DNA of 40,768 nt from Bacteroidales bacterium. GTDB lineage: Bacteria; Bacteroidota; Bacteroidia; Bacteroidales; UBA1402. The stretch spans positions 1 through 40,768 of the forward strand of contig JAZRWU010000100.1 in the NCBI GenBank assembly GCA_045599885.1. Reading direction: 5' to 3'. Under the pieces are notes generated by a model. It had not been told where the DNA came from and ran no database searches. It saw nothing but the letters and a program-made list of their open reading frames with translations. A program made the translations under genes and the position numbers. Position 1 is the stretch's first letter. Every line of letters starts with the position of its first letter. Of the stretch, positions 1 through 8,027 are shown one piece after another.

Positions 1-629
1 ATCTTGGCGACCATAGCCTTGGCTCTGGCAGCGGCCTCCACACGTCCCTGGGGAAGCAGAGCCAGTTGGCTGACCTTGGCCGATACGAACAACATAGCCG
101 AACCGTTCTTACAAGCGGCCACACATGCGCCACAACCGATACAGGAAGCAGCATCCATCGCCAAATCAGCATTCACCTTGGAAATAGGAATGGCATTGGC
201 ATCCGTGCCACCACCCGTATTGACGGAAACATAACCACCGGCTTGGATAATCTTGTCGAATGCACTGCGGTCAACCATCAAGTCGCGGATTACGGGGAAA
301 CCGTGCGAACGCCAAGGCTCAATGGTAATGGTCTCACCATCTTTGAATTTACGCATGTGGAGCTGACAAGTGGTAATGTCCTCGTCGGGTCCATGAGGAT
401 GACCATTGACATACAAAGAACACATACCGCATATACCTTCGCGGCAATCGTGATCAAAAACCACCGGTTCTTTGCGTTCATCAATCAACTGCTCGTTGAG
501 TTGATCCATCATTTCGAGGAAAGAACTGTCCGTAGAGACATTGTTCAATTTGTAAGTCTCAAAAGCACCTTTCGCTTTAGGACCTCTCTGACGCCAGACT
601 TTGAGCGTGATATTAATAGTTTTATCCAT
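1..629 (-). CDS. frdB: succinate dehydrogenase/fumarate reductase iron-sulfur subunit (C-terminal part lies beyond the left edge)
   Basis: Absent from the ORF track because it runs off the window. My minus-strand translation from ATG 629..627 gives [28 protein letters not shown]...[18 protein letters not shown]...[20 protein letters not shown]. These are the Cys clusters typical of SdhB/FrdB. The start lies 4 nt after the frdA stop. Confidence 0.9.
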   Translation of the reverse strand, partial: MDKTINITLKVWRQRGPKAKGAFETYKLNNVSTDSSFLEMMDQLNEQLIDERKEPVVFDHDCREGICGMCSLYVNGHPHGPDEDITTCQLHMRKFKDGETITIEPWRSHGFPVIRDLMVDRSAFDKIIQAGGYVSVNTGGGTDANAIPISKVNADLAMDAASCIGCGACVAACKNGSAMLFVSAKVSQLALLPQGRVEAAARAKAMVAK

Positions 630-633
630 TGGT

Positions 634-2586
634 TTACTTGTAATTGCGTTGTTGTACCTTGGTGAATTCGTAGTTCAGATCCTCCTTGAGCAATTCGGGT
701 TCACTGTCTTCGCCGGTGTATTTCCAGCAACCTACGTACATATATTTATCATCCTGACGGAGAGCCTCACCCTCAGAAGTCTGATATTCTTCGCGGAAGT
801 GACCGCCGCAGGATTCCTCACGATGCAGAGCGTCGCGCGCCATCAATTCGCCAATCTCGATAAAGTCTGCCAAACGGAGAGCCTTCTCAAGCTCGGTATT
901 CATATCTTTTCCATCACCGGGAATAAAGACGTTGCTCCAGAATTCCTTTTTGATTCTCTTAATCTCCTCAAGACCTTTTTTAAGACCTTCAGCCGTACGG
1001 CCCATACCTACGAAATCCCACATAATGAGACCCAATTCCTTATGAATGGAATCCACAGAACGTTTTCCCTGAATAGCCATCAGCTTTTCGATGCGGGCAT
1101 TGACGCCCTTTTCGGCGGCGACGAACTCAGGAAGATCGGTCGAGAAGCGCGGCGTACGGATTTCATCGGCCAGATAATTCTGGATAGTGTAGGGGAGAAC
1201 AAAGTAACCGTCGGCCAAACCCTGCATCAAGGCAGAAGCACCCAAACGGTTGGCTCCGTGATCGGAGAAATTGGCCTCGCCGATACAGAACAGACCGGGG
1301 ATGGAGGTCTGAAGTTCGTAATCGACCCAAATACCACCCATGGTATAATGGATAGCTGGGAATATCATCATCGGATTCTCATAGGGATCCACATCCGTTA
1401 TCTTCTGATACATCTGGAAAAGGTTGCCGTATTTGTCGGCGACAACATTCTTTCCAAGGCGGCTGATAGCATCACTGAAATCAAGGAAAACAGCCAGACC
1501 GGTATTATTCACGCCATAGCCGGCATCACAACGCTCTTTGGCGGCACGGGAGGCGACATCGCGCGGAACAAGATTTCCGAAAGCCGGATAACGGCGTTCC
1601 AGATAGTAATCACGGTCTTCTTCAGGAATATCGCGGCCCTGAAGTTTTCCAGCCTGAAGAGCCTTGGCATCTTCGAGTTTCTTGGGAACCCAAATACGGC
1701 CATCATTACGCAAAGACTCCGACATAAGAGTCAGCTTGGACTGATTGCTTCCGTGAACGGGAATACAAGTCGGATGAATCTGGGCATAACAGGGATTGGC
1801 GAAATAAGCACCTTTTTTATACACCTGCCAAGCGGCGGATCCGTTCGAACCCATGGCATTGGTCGAAAGGAAGAACGTATTGCCGTAACCGCCGGTACCG
1901 ATAACAACGGCATGAGCCGCATATCTTTCAATCTTACCGGTAATCAGGTTGCGGACGATGATACCGCGGGCCTTGCCGTCGATAATGACGAGATCCAGCA
2001 TCTCACGACGGGTGAACAACTTGACACTTCCCTTCTTGACCTGACGGCTCAATGCCGAATAGGCACCCAGAAGAAGCTGCTGGCCGGTCTGACCTTTAGC
2101 GTAGAATGTACGCGAGACCTGAGCTCCACCGAACGAACGGTTGGCAAGAGATCCGCCGTATTCGCGGGCAAAAGGAACTCCTTGGGCCACACATTGGTCG
2201 ATGATATTATTGGACACCTCGGCCAGACGATAGACATTGGCTTCGCGGGCGCGGTAATCACCGCCTTTGATGGTGTCATAATACAAACGATAGACAGAGT
2301 CACCATCGTTCTGATAATTCTTGGCAGCATTGATACCGCCTTGAGCCGCGATAGAGTGAGCACGACGGGGAGAATCCTGAATACAGAAATTCAACACGTT
2401 GAATCCCATTTCGCCCAAAGAGGCGGCTGCTGAGGCGCCAGCCAGGCCGGTTCCGACCACAATGATATCCAAACGACGCTTGTTCGACGGATTCACCAAT
2501 TTCTGGTGCGCTTTGTAATTCGTCCATTTCTCAGCCAAGGCTCCCTCGGGAATCTTGGAATCGATTTTAATAGTTTCGGTACTCAT
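634..2586 (-). CDS. frdA: succinate dehydrogenase/fumarate reductase flavoprotein subunit
   Basis: 650-aa ORF with an ATG start. It has an FAD dinucleotide fold ([18 protein letters not shown]), the [11 protein letters not shown] motif, and an HPTCIP / [10 protein letters not shown] core typical of FrdA/SdhA. Confidence 0.95.
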   Translation of the reverse strand: MSTETIKIDSKIPEGALAEKWTNYKAHQKLVNPSNKRRLDIIVVGTGLAGASAAASLGEMGFNVLNFCIQDSPRRAHSIAAQGGINAAKNYQNDGDSVYRLYYDTIKGGDYRAREANVYRLAEVSNNIIDQCVAQGVPFAREYGGSLANRSFGGAQVSRTFYAKGQTGQQLLLGAYSALSRQVKKGSVKLFTRREMLDLVIIDGKARGIIVRNLITGKIERYAAHAVVIGTGGYGNTFFLSTNAMGSNGSAAWQVYKKGAYFANPCYAQIHPTCIPVHGSNQSKLTLMSESLRNDGRIWVPKKLEDAKALQAGKLQGRDIPEEDRDYYLERRYPAFGNLVPRDVASRAAKERCDAGYGVNNTGLAVFLDFSDAISRLGKNVVADKYGNLFQMYQKITDVDPYENPMMIFPAIHYTMGGIWVDYELQTSIPGLFCIGEANFSDHGANRLGASALMQGLADGYFVLPYTIQNYLADEIRTPRFSTDLPEFVAAEKGVNARIEKLMAIQGKRSVDSIHKELGLIMWDFVGMGRTAEGLKKGLEEIKRIKKEFWSNVFIPGDGKDMNTELEKALRLADFIEIGELMARDALHREESCGGHFREEYQTSEGEALRQDDKYMYVGCWKYTGEDSEPELLKEDLNYEFTKVQQRNYK

Positions 2587-2592
2587 GTCTTA

Positions 2593-3258
2593 TCAGCAAA
2601 AAAGATTCATAATCAAATAATACAGAGGGATAAGGAAGAACAGGCCGCAAACGAGCGTCGAATAGATTCTTGAAATGCATTTGAGGCGAGGCAACCATTT
2701 GTTGTTGTTCCAGCCAATTGTCTGGAAGGCGCTCCAGATACCATGATTGAGATGGAACCAGAGAGCGGCAAGCCAAATCATATAAAGCACGCAATACAAA
2801 GGATGAGAGAACAGACTTTGTACAAAGGCGGCTCCTGTCATGGCCAATTCCTTGCCCATCAGTTCCTGTAGCTGCATTTTGTACCAGAAATTAAGCAGGT
2901 GCAATACCAGGAAACCTACAATGACAATACCAAGGACCAACATATTCTGTGAAGACCATTCCACACCCTTCGGGCGATCCGTGACAGCATAACGTTCCCG
3001 TCCGCGAGCCTGATAATTGCGGAATGTCAAGACAAAAGCGAAAATGAAATGAAGAACTACCAGCAAAGCCAATCCGAGAGTACCGACAACGGCATACCAA
3101 TTGGCTCCCAAAAACTCACAAATCGCATCATAAGCATTGGGTGAGATCACCACAAAAATGTTCATGATGGCGTGGAAAGTGAGGAAGATGACAAGTGCTC
3201 CTCCCGTAATGCTCTGAATGAGCTTTCTTCCAATGGAAGAAGTTTTGCAAATACCCAT
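2593..3258 (-). CDS. frdC: succinate dehydrogenase/fumarate reductase cytochrome b subunit
   Basis: 221-aa polytopic membrane ORF with an ATG start, 6 nt upstream of frdA. The frdC-A-B order and single large b-type subunit are as in Bacteroides. Confidence 0.85.
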   Translation of the reverse strand: MGICKTSSIGRKLIQSITGGALVIFLTFHAIMNIFVVISPNAYDAICEFLGANWYAVVGTLGLALLVVLHFIFAFVLTFRNYQARGRERYAVTDRPKGVEWSSQNMLVLGIVIVGFLVLHLLNFWYKMQLQELMGKELAMTGAAFVQSLFSHPLYCVLYMIWLAALWFHLNHGIWSAFQTIGWNNNKWLPRLKCISRIYSTLVCGLFFLIPLYYLIMNLFC

Positions 3259-3331
3259 AGAAATTAATTTATTGATTGATAATAATATACATTAAATACA
3301 AGCTCCATTGGGGCTACATAGTTCATGCTGG

Positions 3332-3339
3332 CAAAATTA
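3332..3339 (-). promoter_or_regulatory. Bacteroides-type -7 promoter box (TAATTTTG) for frdCAB
   Basis: The reverse complement of caaaatta matches TAnnTTTG. It lies about 73 nt upstream of the frdC ATG. Confidence 0.4.
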
Positions 3340-3398
3340 AAGCCTTTTCGCCAACAATACAAGCCTATTAAAGAATTATTTCCCTATTCCGGAGCCTT

Positions 3399-3582
3399 AG
3401 AACCTGTTTTGAATTCTTTCAAAAATATTTTTATGACTCTATTATTCCGCTGCTTTGATGATCTTTTGGCCTGCTTCAATCCATCCTTTCGCTCACATAG
3501 CCCGCTATGCTCGCTCAACGATGACCCGAATCCGCCTCAAAATCCCCACAAATCATCGGGAAATCATTTCAAAACAGGTTCT
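3399..3582. repeat. 184-bp non-coding element bounded by a perfect 15-bp inverted repeat (agaacctgttttgaa / ttcaaaacaggttct)
   Basis: The left arm 3399..3413 and right arm 3568..3582 are exact reverse complements, separated by a 154-bp spacer with no credible ORF. The right arm abuts the rnhA stop codon. Confidence 0.6.
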
Positions 3583-4220
3583 TATTTCCGACCGAAATCC
3601 GCCGGAATCTCTCCCCAGACTTCTGTATGCCATTTATGCAATGGAATCCCGCTGAAATCATTTTGGACGAGCCACTGTTCTGCCCGTGCAATCAGGTCGA
3701 ACACTTCCGCATTGTGCGGACTCGGCTCCAGTTTCGAACCGCATTTTTTCTTCTTTACCCAAGTGAGTCCATTGGCGCTGTCGGAATAGACAGGCATCAC
3801 CACCCCTCTTTTTTTCAAGAGAGAAAGGGCATGCACAATGGCGAGGAATTCTCCGATGTTGTTGGTGGCGTCTTCGAACGGGCCGCGGTGGAAAATCTCC
3901 TTACCGTCAAGCAAATACACTCCGCGATATTCCATTCTGCCGGGATTCCCGCTGCAGGCGGCATCCACCACGAGGACGGCTCCGGAAGGCTTAGGGCCCA
4001 CCTGTGAAGCCACAACGGCAGATTCTTCCTTACGGTTACGGGCATAAGTCTGTTTCCAACCTGCCGCATAGGCCGAATCTGCCTCCTGACGGCTGGCAAA
4101 ACCCATATATCTCGCCCCTTCAAAGCCTTGCACCTGAGCAAAACAATCGGGCCAGGAATCGTATATACCGGGCGTTTTTCCCACCCAGACCACGTAATAT
4201 TTCTTCTTTTGCCGAGCCAT
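3582..4220 (-). CDS. rnhA: ribonuclease HI with N-terminal hybrid-binding (viroplasmin-like) domain
   Basis: The N-terminus KKYYVVWVGKTPGIYDSWPDCFAQVQGFEGARYMGFASRQEA matches the RNase H1 N-terminal / caulimovirus viroplasmin fold. The C-terminal half (VVDAACSGNPG...EFLAIVHAL...VYSDS) is an RNase H catalytic domain. ATG start. Confidence 0.9.
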   Translation of the reverse strand: MARQKKKYYVVWVGKTPGIYDSWPDCFAQVQGFEGARYMGFASRQEADSAYAAGWKQTYARNRKEESAVVASQVGPKPSGAVLVVDAACSGNPGRMEYRGVYLLDGKEIFHRGPFEDATNNIGEFLAIVHALSLLKKRGVVMPVYSDSANGLTWVKKKKCGSKLEPSPHNAEVFDLIARAEQWLVQNDFSGIPLHKWHTEVWGEIPADFGRK

Positions 4221-4234
4221 TTCAGAAATCGGAT

Positions 4235-5551
4235 TCAGTCTTCCATGCCTTCATCCGATGCCGGTCCGCGTCTGTCTCTCCTGAAAGATGGGCGAGAACC
4301 GTGATTCCTTGGCTGGCGGTCGTCGGAACGATGTCCGTATGAGCTGCGGAATGCCGGTTTGAATTCTCCATGTCCGACCGGAGAAGCGCCACGGGAGCGC
4401 TTGAAATCGTCCATTCTCCCATCAAATATCTCATACTGACGGAACTCACATTCCAATGAACCATTCATAAGGGCCATCCGGGCTGACGGACGGAGACCGA
4501 TGTGGTCGAAACATTCCCGTTGATAACTGAGCACCCAGGCTGTGTATCCTGTGAAGACACGTTTCAGACAAGTTCCGAGATCTTCATACAGTCCGAGAAG
4601 ATTGTCAGGCTTGATACGCTCTCCGTAGGGAGGATTTGTTATCAAAAGTCCACCTGGGCCAATAGTGGTTTCAATATCTTGTATAGCTTTGGCTTTCAGG
4701 TGAATGTATTTCGTTAGGCCGGCGCTTCTCACATTTTCTTCGGCTATGGCAATCGCCGGTTTCGAAATATCCGAGCCATAAATTTTATATTCGAAAGGCC
4801 GTTGGGTATCCTCATCGTACAACTCTCCGAACAAATCCGCATCATAATCTTTCCAATTCTGGAAGGCAAAACCCTTGCGGTAAATTCCCGGCGGAATATT
4901 CAAGGCGATGAGAGCCGCTTCGATAGGCAAAGTGCCGCTGCCGCACATAGGGTCAATGAAATTGGTCTGGCCTTTCCAGCCGGCCAGCAAGAGCATTCCG
5001 GCGGCAAGGACTTCATTCAGAGGTGCTTCCGTCTGATCAGCACGGTATCCGCGTTTGTGCAGCGACTCACCCGAACTGTCCATACACAGAGTACAGTTAT
5101 TCTGCGCCACATGCAGATGGACGACGATATCAGGATTGACAAGACGCACGGACGGCCGCTTGCCGTATTTTTCCGTAAAACTGTCGGCAATCGCATCTTT
5201 GACCCTGTACGACAGATACATAGAATGAGTGAAAGTATCCGAATAGACCACTGTGTCGACAGCAAAAGTCTGATTCAATGAAAAATACTCCTCCCAATCG
5301 ATTTTCCGGAGTTCATTATAAATCTCATCCGCATTCTTTGCCTTGAATGCGGCTATGGGCTTGAGGATACGCAATGCCGTGCGTAAATGCAGATTGGCCT
5401 TGTACATCAACCGTTTATCACCTGCGAAAAACACACTGCGGCGGCCGATTTCCACATCTTGTCCACCAAGATTGATGATTTCCTCAGCCAAGACTTCCTC
5501 CAAACCCTGCATAGTTTTGGCAATCATTTCAAATTGCTCATTATTTGCCAT
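4235..5551 (-). CDS. THUMP domain-containing class I SAM-dependent RNA methyltransferase (RlmL/UPF0020-like) with an Arg/Ser/Gly-rich C-terminal tail
   Basis: FEMIAKTMQGLEEVLAEE...ALRILKP forms the THUMP region. DPMCGSGTLPIEAAL is SAM motif I and ITNPPYGERI is the NPPY motif. The track start at 5611 is TTG. I prefer ATG 5551 because a TACTTTTG box sits at 5582..5589. Confidence 0.85.
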   Translation of the reverse strand: MANNEQFEMIAKTMQGLEEVLAEEIINLGGQDVEIGRRSVFFAGDKRLMYKANLHLRTALRILKPIAAFKAKNADEIYNELRKIDWEEYFSLNQTFAVDTVVYSDTFTHSMYLSYRVKDAIADSFTEKYGKRPSVRLVNPDIVVHLHVAQNNCTLCMDSSGESLHKRGYRADQTEAPLNEVLAAGMLLLAGWKGQTNFIDPMCGSGTLPIEAALIALNIPPGIYRKGFAFQNWKDYDADLFGELYDEDTQRPFEYKIYGSDISKPAIAIAEENVRSAGLTKYIHLKAKAIQDIETTIGPGGLLITNPPYGERIKPDNLLGLYEDLGTCLKRVFTGYTAWVLSYQRECFDHIGLRPSARMALMNGSLECEFRQYEIFDGRMDDFKRSRGASPVGHGEFKPAFRSSYGHRSDDRQPRNHGSRPSFRRDRRGPASDEGMED

Positions 5552-5581
5552 ATTCCAATTATTTGCAGTTTGAACCGGATA

Positions 5582-5589
5582 CAAAAGTA
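5582..5589 (-). promoter_or_regulatory. -7 promoter box (TACTTTTG) for the THUMP methyltransferase-rnhA unit
   Basis: The reverse complement of caaaagta matches TAnnTTTG, about 30 nt upstream of ATG 5551. Confidence 0.4.
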
Positions 5590-5633
5590 CGTTTCCCTTT
5601 GACAAATTCAAAATGCTTTTGCAATATTCTGTA

Positions 5634-6527
5634 TTACGGATTTTGTCTGTTGCGCGGATGGAAGCTGATGATCTGCTCTTTGAGGAAACTGCGGTCGAGA
5701 TGAGTATAGATTTCCGTAGTCTGAATGCTTTCGTGACCGAGCATTTGCTGAATGGCTCTCAAATTGGCGCCACCTTCAAGAAGATGAGTGGCGAAAGAAT
5801 GCCGGAAAGTATGAGGGCTGATGGTTTTGATGATGCCGGCTTCGGCTGCCTGTTGACGGACAATTCTGAAAATCATGGAACGCGACAAGGCCTTTCCTCT
5901 CCGGCTCAAAAAGACGTAATCCTCATTCCCTTTGACTGTAGGAAGATGACATCTATCTGTCATCCAAAGATTTATCTCATGAATGGCAGATGGGGAAATC
6001 GGCACATAGCGTTGTTTGGAGCCTTTGCCTTCCACCAAAATATATTCCTCAGAAAAAAAGCATTGCGACAATTTCAATCCAATCAGCTCCGAAACACGCA
6101 ATCCGCAACTGTACATGGTCTCCAGAATCGCCCGGTTCCTCTGACCTTCGGGAGTGCTTCTGTCCACGCTGTTCATGATGCGGTCAACCTCGTCCAAGCT
6201 GAGCACTTCCGGCAAATGAAGTCCGATTTTCGGAGCATCAATCAATTCCAAAGGATCCGTCTGAATAATATCCTCCACCAAAAGATAATGATAGAAAGAC
6301 TTCAGACCCGACACGATTCTGGCTTGGGAACGTTTTTCTATACCCAAATCGTGAAGGGAGGAAAGAAATTCTTCCATATCCGACATGGTCAAGGTCTCCA
6401 GAGGACGGTCTCCGGCAAAATCAGACAATTTGCCCAGATCCCTCATATAAGCCTCCACCGTATTCGGCGAAAGAGACTTTTCCAATTTGAGATATGCCAC
6501 GTATTTTGAAGATAAACCGGACGTCAT
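5634..6527 (-). CDS. xerD: site-specific tyrosine recombinase XerD
   Basis: KYVAYLKLEKSLSPNTVEAYMRDL aligns with the XerD N-terminal domain. The C-terminal catalytic residues are present in CGLRVSEL, SPHTFRHSFATHLLEGGANLRAIQQMLGHESIQTTEIYTH. The track start at 6554 is TTG, and ATG 6527 fits the XerD N-terminus. Confidence 0.85.
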   Translation of the reverse strand: MTSGLSSKYVAYLKLEKSLSPNTVEAYMRDLGKLSDFAGDRPLETLTMSDMEEFLSSLHDLGIEKRSQARIVSGLKSFYHYLLVEDIIQTDPLELIDAPKIGLHLPEVLSLDEVDRIMNSVDRSTPEGQRNRAILETMYSCGLRVSELIGLKLSQCFFSEEYILVEGKGSKQRYVPISPSAIHEINLWMTDRCHLPTVKGNEDYVFLSRRGKALSRSMIFRIVRQQAAEAGIIKTISPHTFRHSFATHLLEGGANLRAIQQMLGHESIQTTEIYTHLDRSFLKEQIISFHPRNRQNP

Positions 6528-6559
6528 CTGAAATCTTTGAATTTGCCGTTGCAATACAC

Positions 6560-6567
6560 TATCTTTG
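6560..6567 (+). promoter_or_regulatory. -7 promoter box (TATCTTTG) for the aroQ-OMT-rbfA-lolE unit
   Basis: Exact TAnnTTTG match about 40 nt upstream of the aroQ ATG. Confidence 0.4.
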
Positions 6568-6606
6568 TGCGTGCGAAATTAGTATAAGCGGTAAATAATC
6601 ACAAGG

Positions 6607-7041
6607 ATGAAAATCACCATTATCAATGGACCCAATCTGAACCTTCTCGGCAAAAGGGAACCGGAAATTTACGGCCACACTCCTTTCGAAGATTACCTGA
6701 ATTGCCTTCGGCGGGATTTTCCCGAGGTGGAGATAGAGTATTTCCAGTCCAATCATGAAGGAGCTCTTATTGACAGGATTCAGGAAGCCGGTTTCTCAAG
6801 TGACGGAATCGTCCTCAATGCCGCCGCCTATACTCATACTTCCATCGCCATTGCCGATGCCATCAGAGCCATTCCCGCTCCCGTTGTCGAAGTGCATATA
6901 TCCGACATCTCCAAACGTGAGCCGTACAGAAGCGTTTCCATGATCCGCGAGGCATGCTGCGCTGCGTTTATGGGCAAAGGATTGGAATCCTACCGCGAGA
7001 GCATTGAATTCCTTATTTCATCCAAAAAGAAAGCCAAATGA
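6607..7041 (+). CDS. aroQ: type II 3-dehydroquinate dehydratase
   Basis: MKITIINGPNLNLLGKREPEIYG...QSNHEGALID...NAAAYTHTSIAIADA...EVHISD is the canonical AroQ signature. Confidence 0.95.
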   Translation: MKITIINGPNLNLLGKREPEIYGHTPFEDYLNCLRRDFPEVEIEYFQSNHEGALIDRIQEAGFSSDGIVLNAAAYTHTSIAIADAIRAIPAPVVEVHISDISKREPYRSVSMIREACCAAFMGKGLESYRESIEFLISSKKKAK

Positions 7042-7670
7042 ACGGAAGCCTCGAACAATATCTATGCAGCCACAGCGATCCGGAACCCGAATTGCTCCAG
7101 CAACTGCGGCGTGAGACTTACGTGCGTTTTTTGAATCCGCGCATGGTCTCGGGGCATCTGCAAGGAAGGACTTTGGTGATGTTCTGCCGAATGATACATC
7201 CCCGACGGGTCCTCGAACTCGGCACTTTCACCGGCTACTCCGCTTTATGTCTGGCAGAAGGTTGCGATGAAAACTCTGAAATACACTCCGTGGAGCATAA
7301 CGATGAATTGGGAGACCACTTGCGCCTTTGGTTCTCGCGTTCACCATACGGTTCCAGAATCCAGATGCATTTTGGCGAAGCCGAGCAGGTCATTCCTTCT
7401 TTGTCCGGACAGTTCGATCTGGTATTCCTCGACTTGGACAAACGTCACTATAAAAGATGCTACGAACTGGCCCTCGACAAAATGCCCTCGGGCGGATTTC
7501 TCTTGGCGGACAATACTTTGTGGAACGGAAAAATGCTTGAGGAAATCGCACATAACGACTGTCAGGCCCTTGCCGTTTCGGAATTCAATGACTATCTTGC
7601 CCACGATAATCGTGTCGAAAAAATAATTCTTCCCCTGCGCGATGGATTGACCATCGTGCGAAAAAAATAG
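7038..7670 (+). CDS. class I SAM-dependent O-methyltransferase (family 3, caffeoyl-CoA OMT/YrrM-like)
   Basis: VLELGTFTGYSALCLAEG is SAM motif I, followed by DLVFLDLDKRHY and LLADNTLWNG. The start overlaps the aroQ stop as ATGA. Confidence 0.85.
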   Translation: MNGSLEQYLCSHSDPEPELLQQLRRETYVRFLNPRMVSGHLQGRTLVMFCRMIHPRRVLELGTFTGYSALCLAEGCDENSEIHSVEHNDELGDHLRLWFSRSPYGSRIQMHFGEAEQVIPSLSGQFDLVFLDLDKRHYKRCYELALDKMPSGGFLLADNTLWNGKMLEEIAHNDCQALAVSEFNDYLAHDNRVEKIILPLRDGLTIVRKK

Positions 7671-7675
7671 AAACA

Positions 7676-8020
7676 ATGGAAACTACCAGACAGAATAAAA
7701 TCAGCCGGCTGCTGCAAAAAGAATTAAGTGAGATTTTTCTGGCCGAAACACGTAAAATGCAAGGCGTGATGGTCAGTGTCAGCGCAGTACGCGTGAGTTC
7801 CGACCTGAGCGTTGCCCGGGCCTATTTGAGTATTTTCCCTACTGAAAAAGCTCAGGACATTCTTTCCAATATCCAGACGAATGTCAAATCCATCCGCTAT
7901 GAATTGGCTCAGCGCGTGCGCTACCAACTCCGGAAAATGCCCGAGCTCAGTTTCTTCATTGACGATTCGCTCGATTATGTCGAAAGAATCGATGAACTGC
8001 TCAAAATGGACTCCCATTGA
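7676..8020 (+). CDS. rbfA: ribosome-binding factor A
   Basis: 114 aa. TRQNKISRLLQKELSEIF...VSVSAVRVSSDLSVARAYLS is typical of RbfA. Confidence 0.9.
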   Translation: METTRQNKISRLLQKELSEIFLAETRKMQGVMVSVSAVRVSSDLSVARAYLSIFPTEKAQDILSNIQTNVKSIRYELAQRVRYQLRKMPELSFFIDDSLDYVERIDELLKMDSH

Positions 8021-8027
8021 AACCGCA

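Noticed and set aside
601-2433. 610-aa plus-strand ORF
   Set aside because: It is entirely antisense to the strongly supported frdA gene. The translation is low-complexity with no recognisable motifs. It is a shadow ORF.
3468-3485. A minus-strand GAAGCAGGCCAA resembling the SRP (4.5S) RNA domain IV motif GGAAGCAGCCA
   Set aside because: The match is inexact, with an extra G. The flanking GUCAGGUCC-type symmetric-loop partner and a closing helix are absent.
5613-6509. 298-aa plus-strand ORF
   Set aside because: It is antisense to xerD, whose catalytic R..H-x-x-R..Y signature fixes the true frame.
5634-6527. Tyrosine recombinase as a marker of an integrated mobile element or integron
   Set aside because: The N- and C-terminal signatures fit chromosomal XerD. 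The flanks are housekeeping genes (aroQ, RNA methyltransferase), with no att-like repeats, tRNA target, excisionase or cargo genes.
3582-6527. The recombinase, methylase and nuclease-fold gene trio as a possible restriction-modification or defence island
   Set aside because: The methylase carries a THUMP RNA-binding domain (RlmL/UPF0020 type), so it is an RNA methyltransferase and not a DNA methyltransferase. The nuclease-fold gene is ordinary RNase HI. No restriction endonuclease or specificity subunit is present.
7881-8027. The upstream extension of the long ORF, starting at 7881
   Set aside because: It overlaps rbfA in another frame and encodes non-conserved sequence. ATG 8028 gives the canonical FtsX/LolE N-terminus MNLSFHIAKRYLF.
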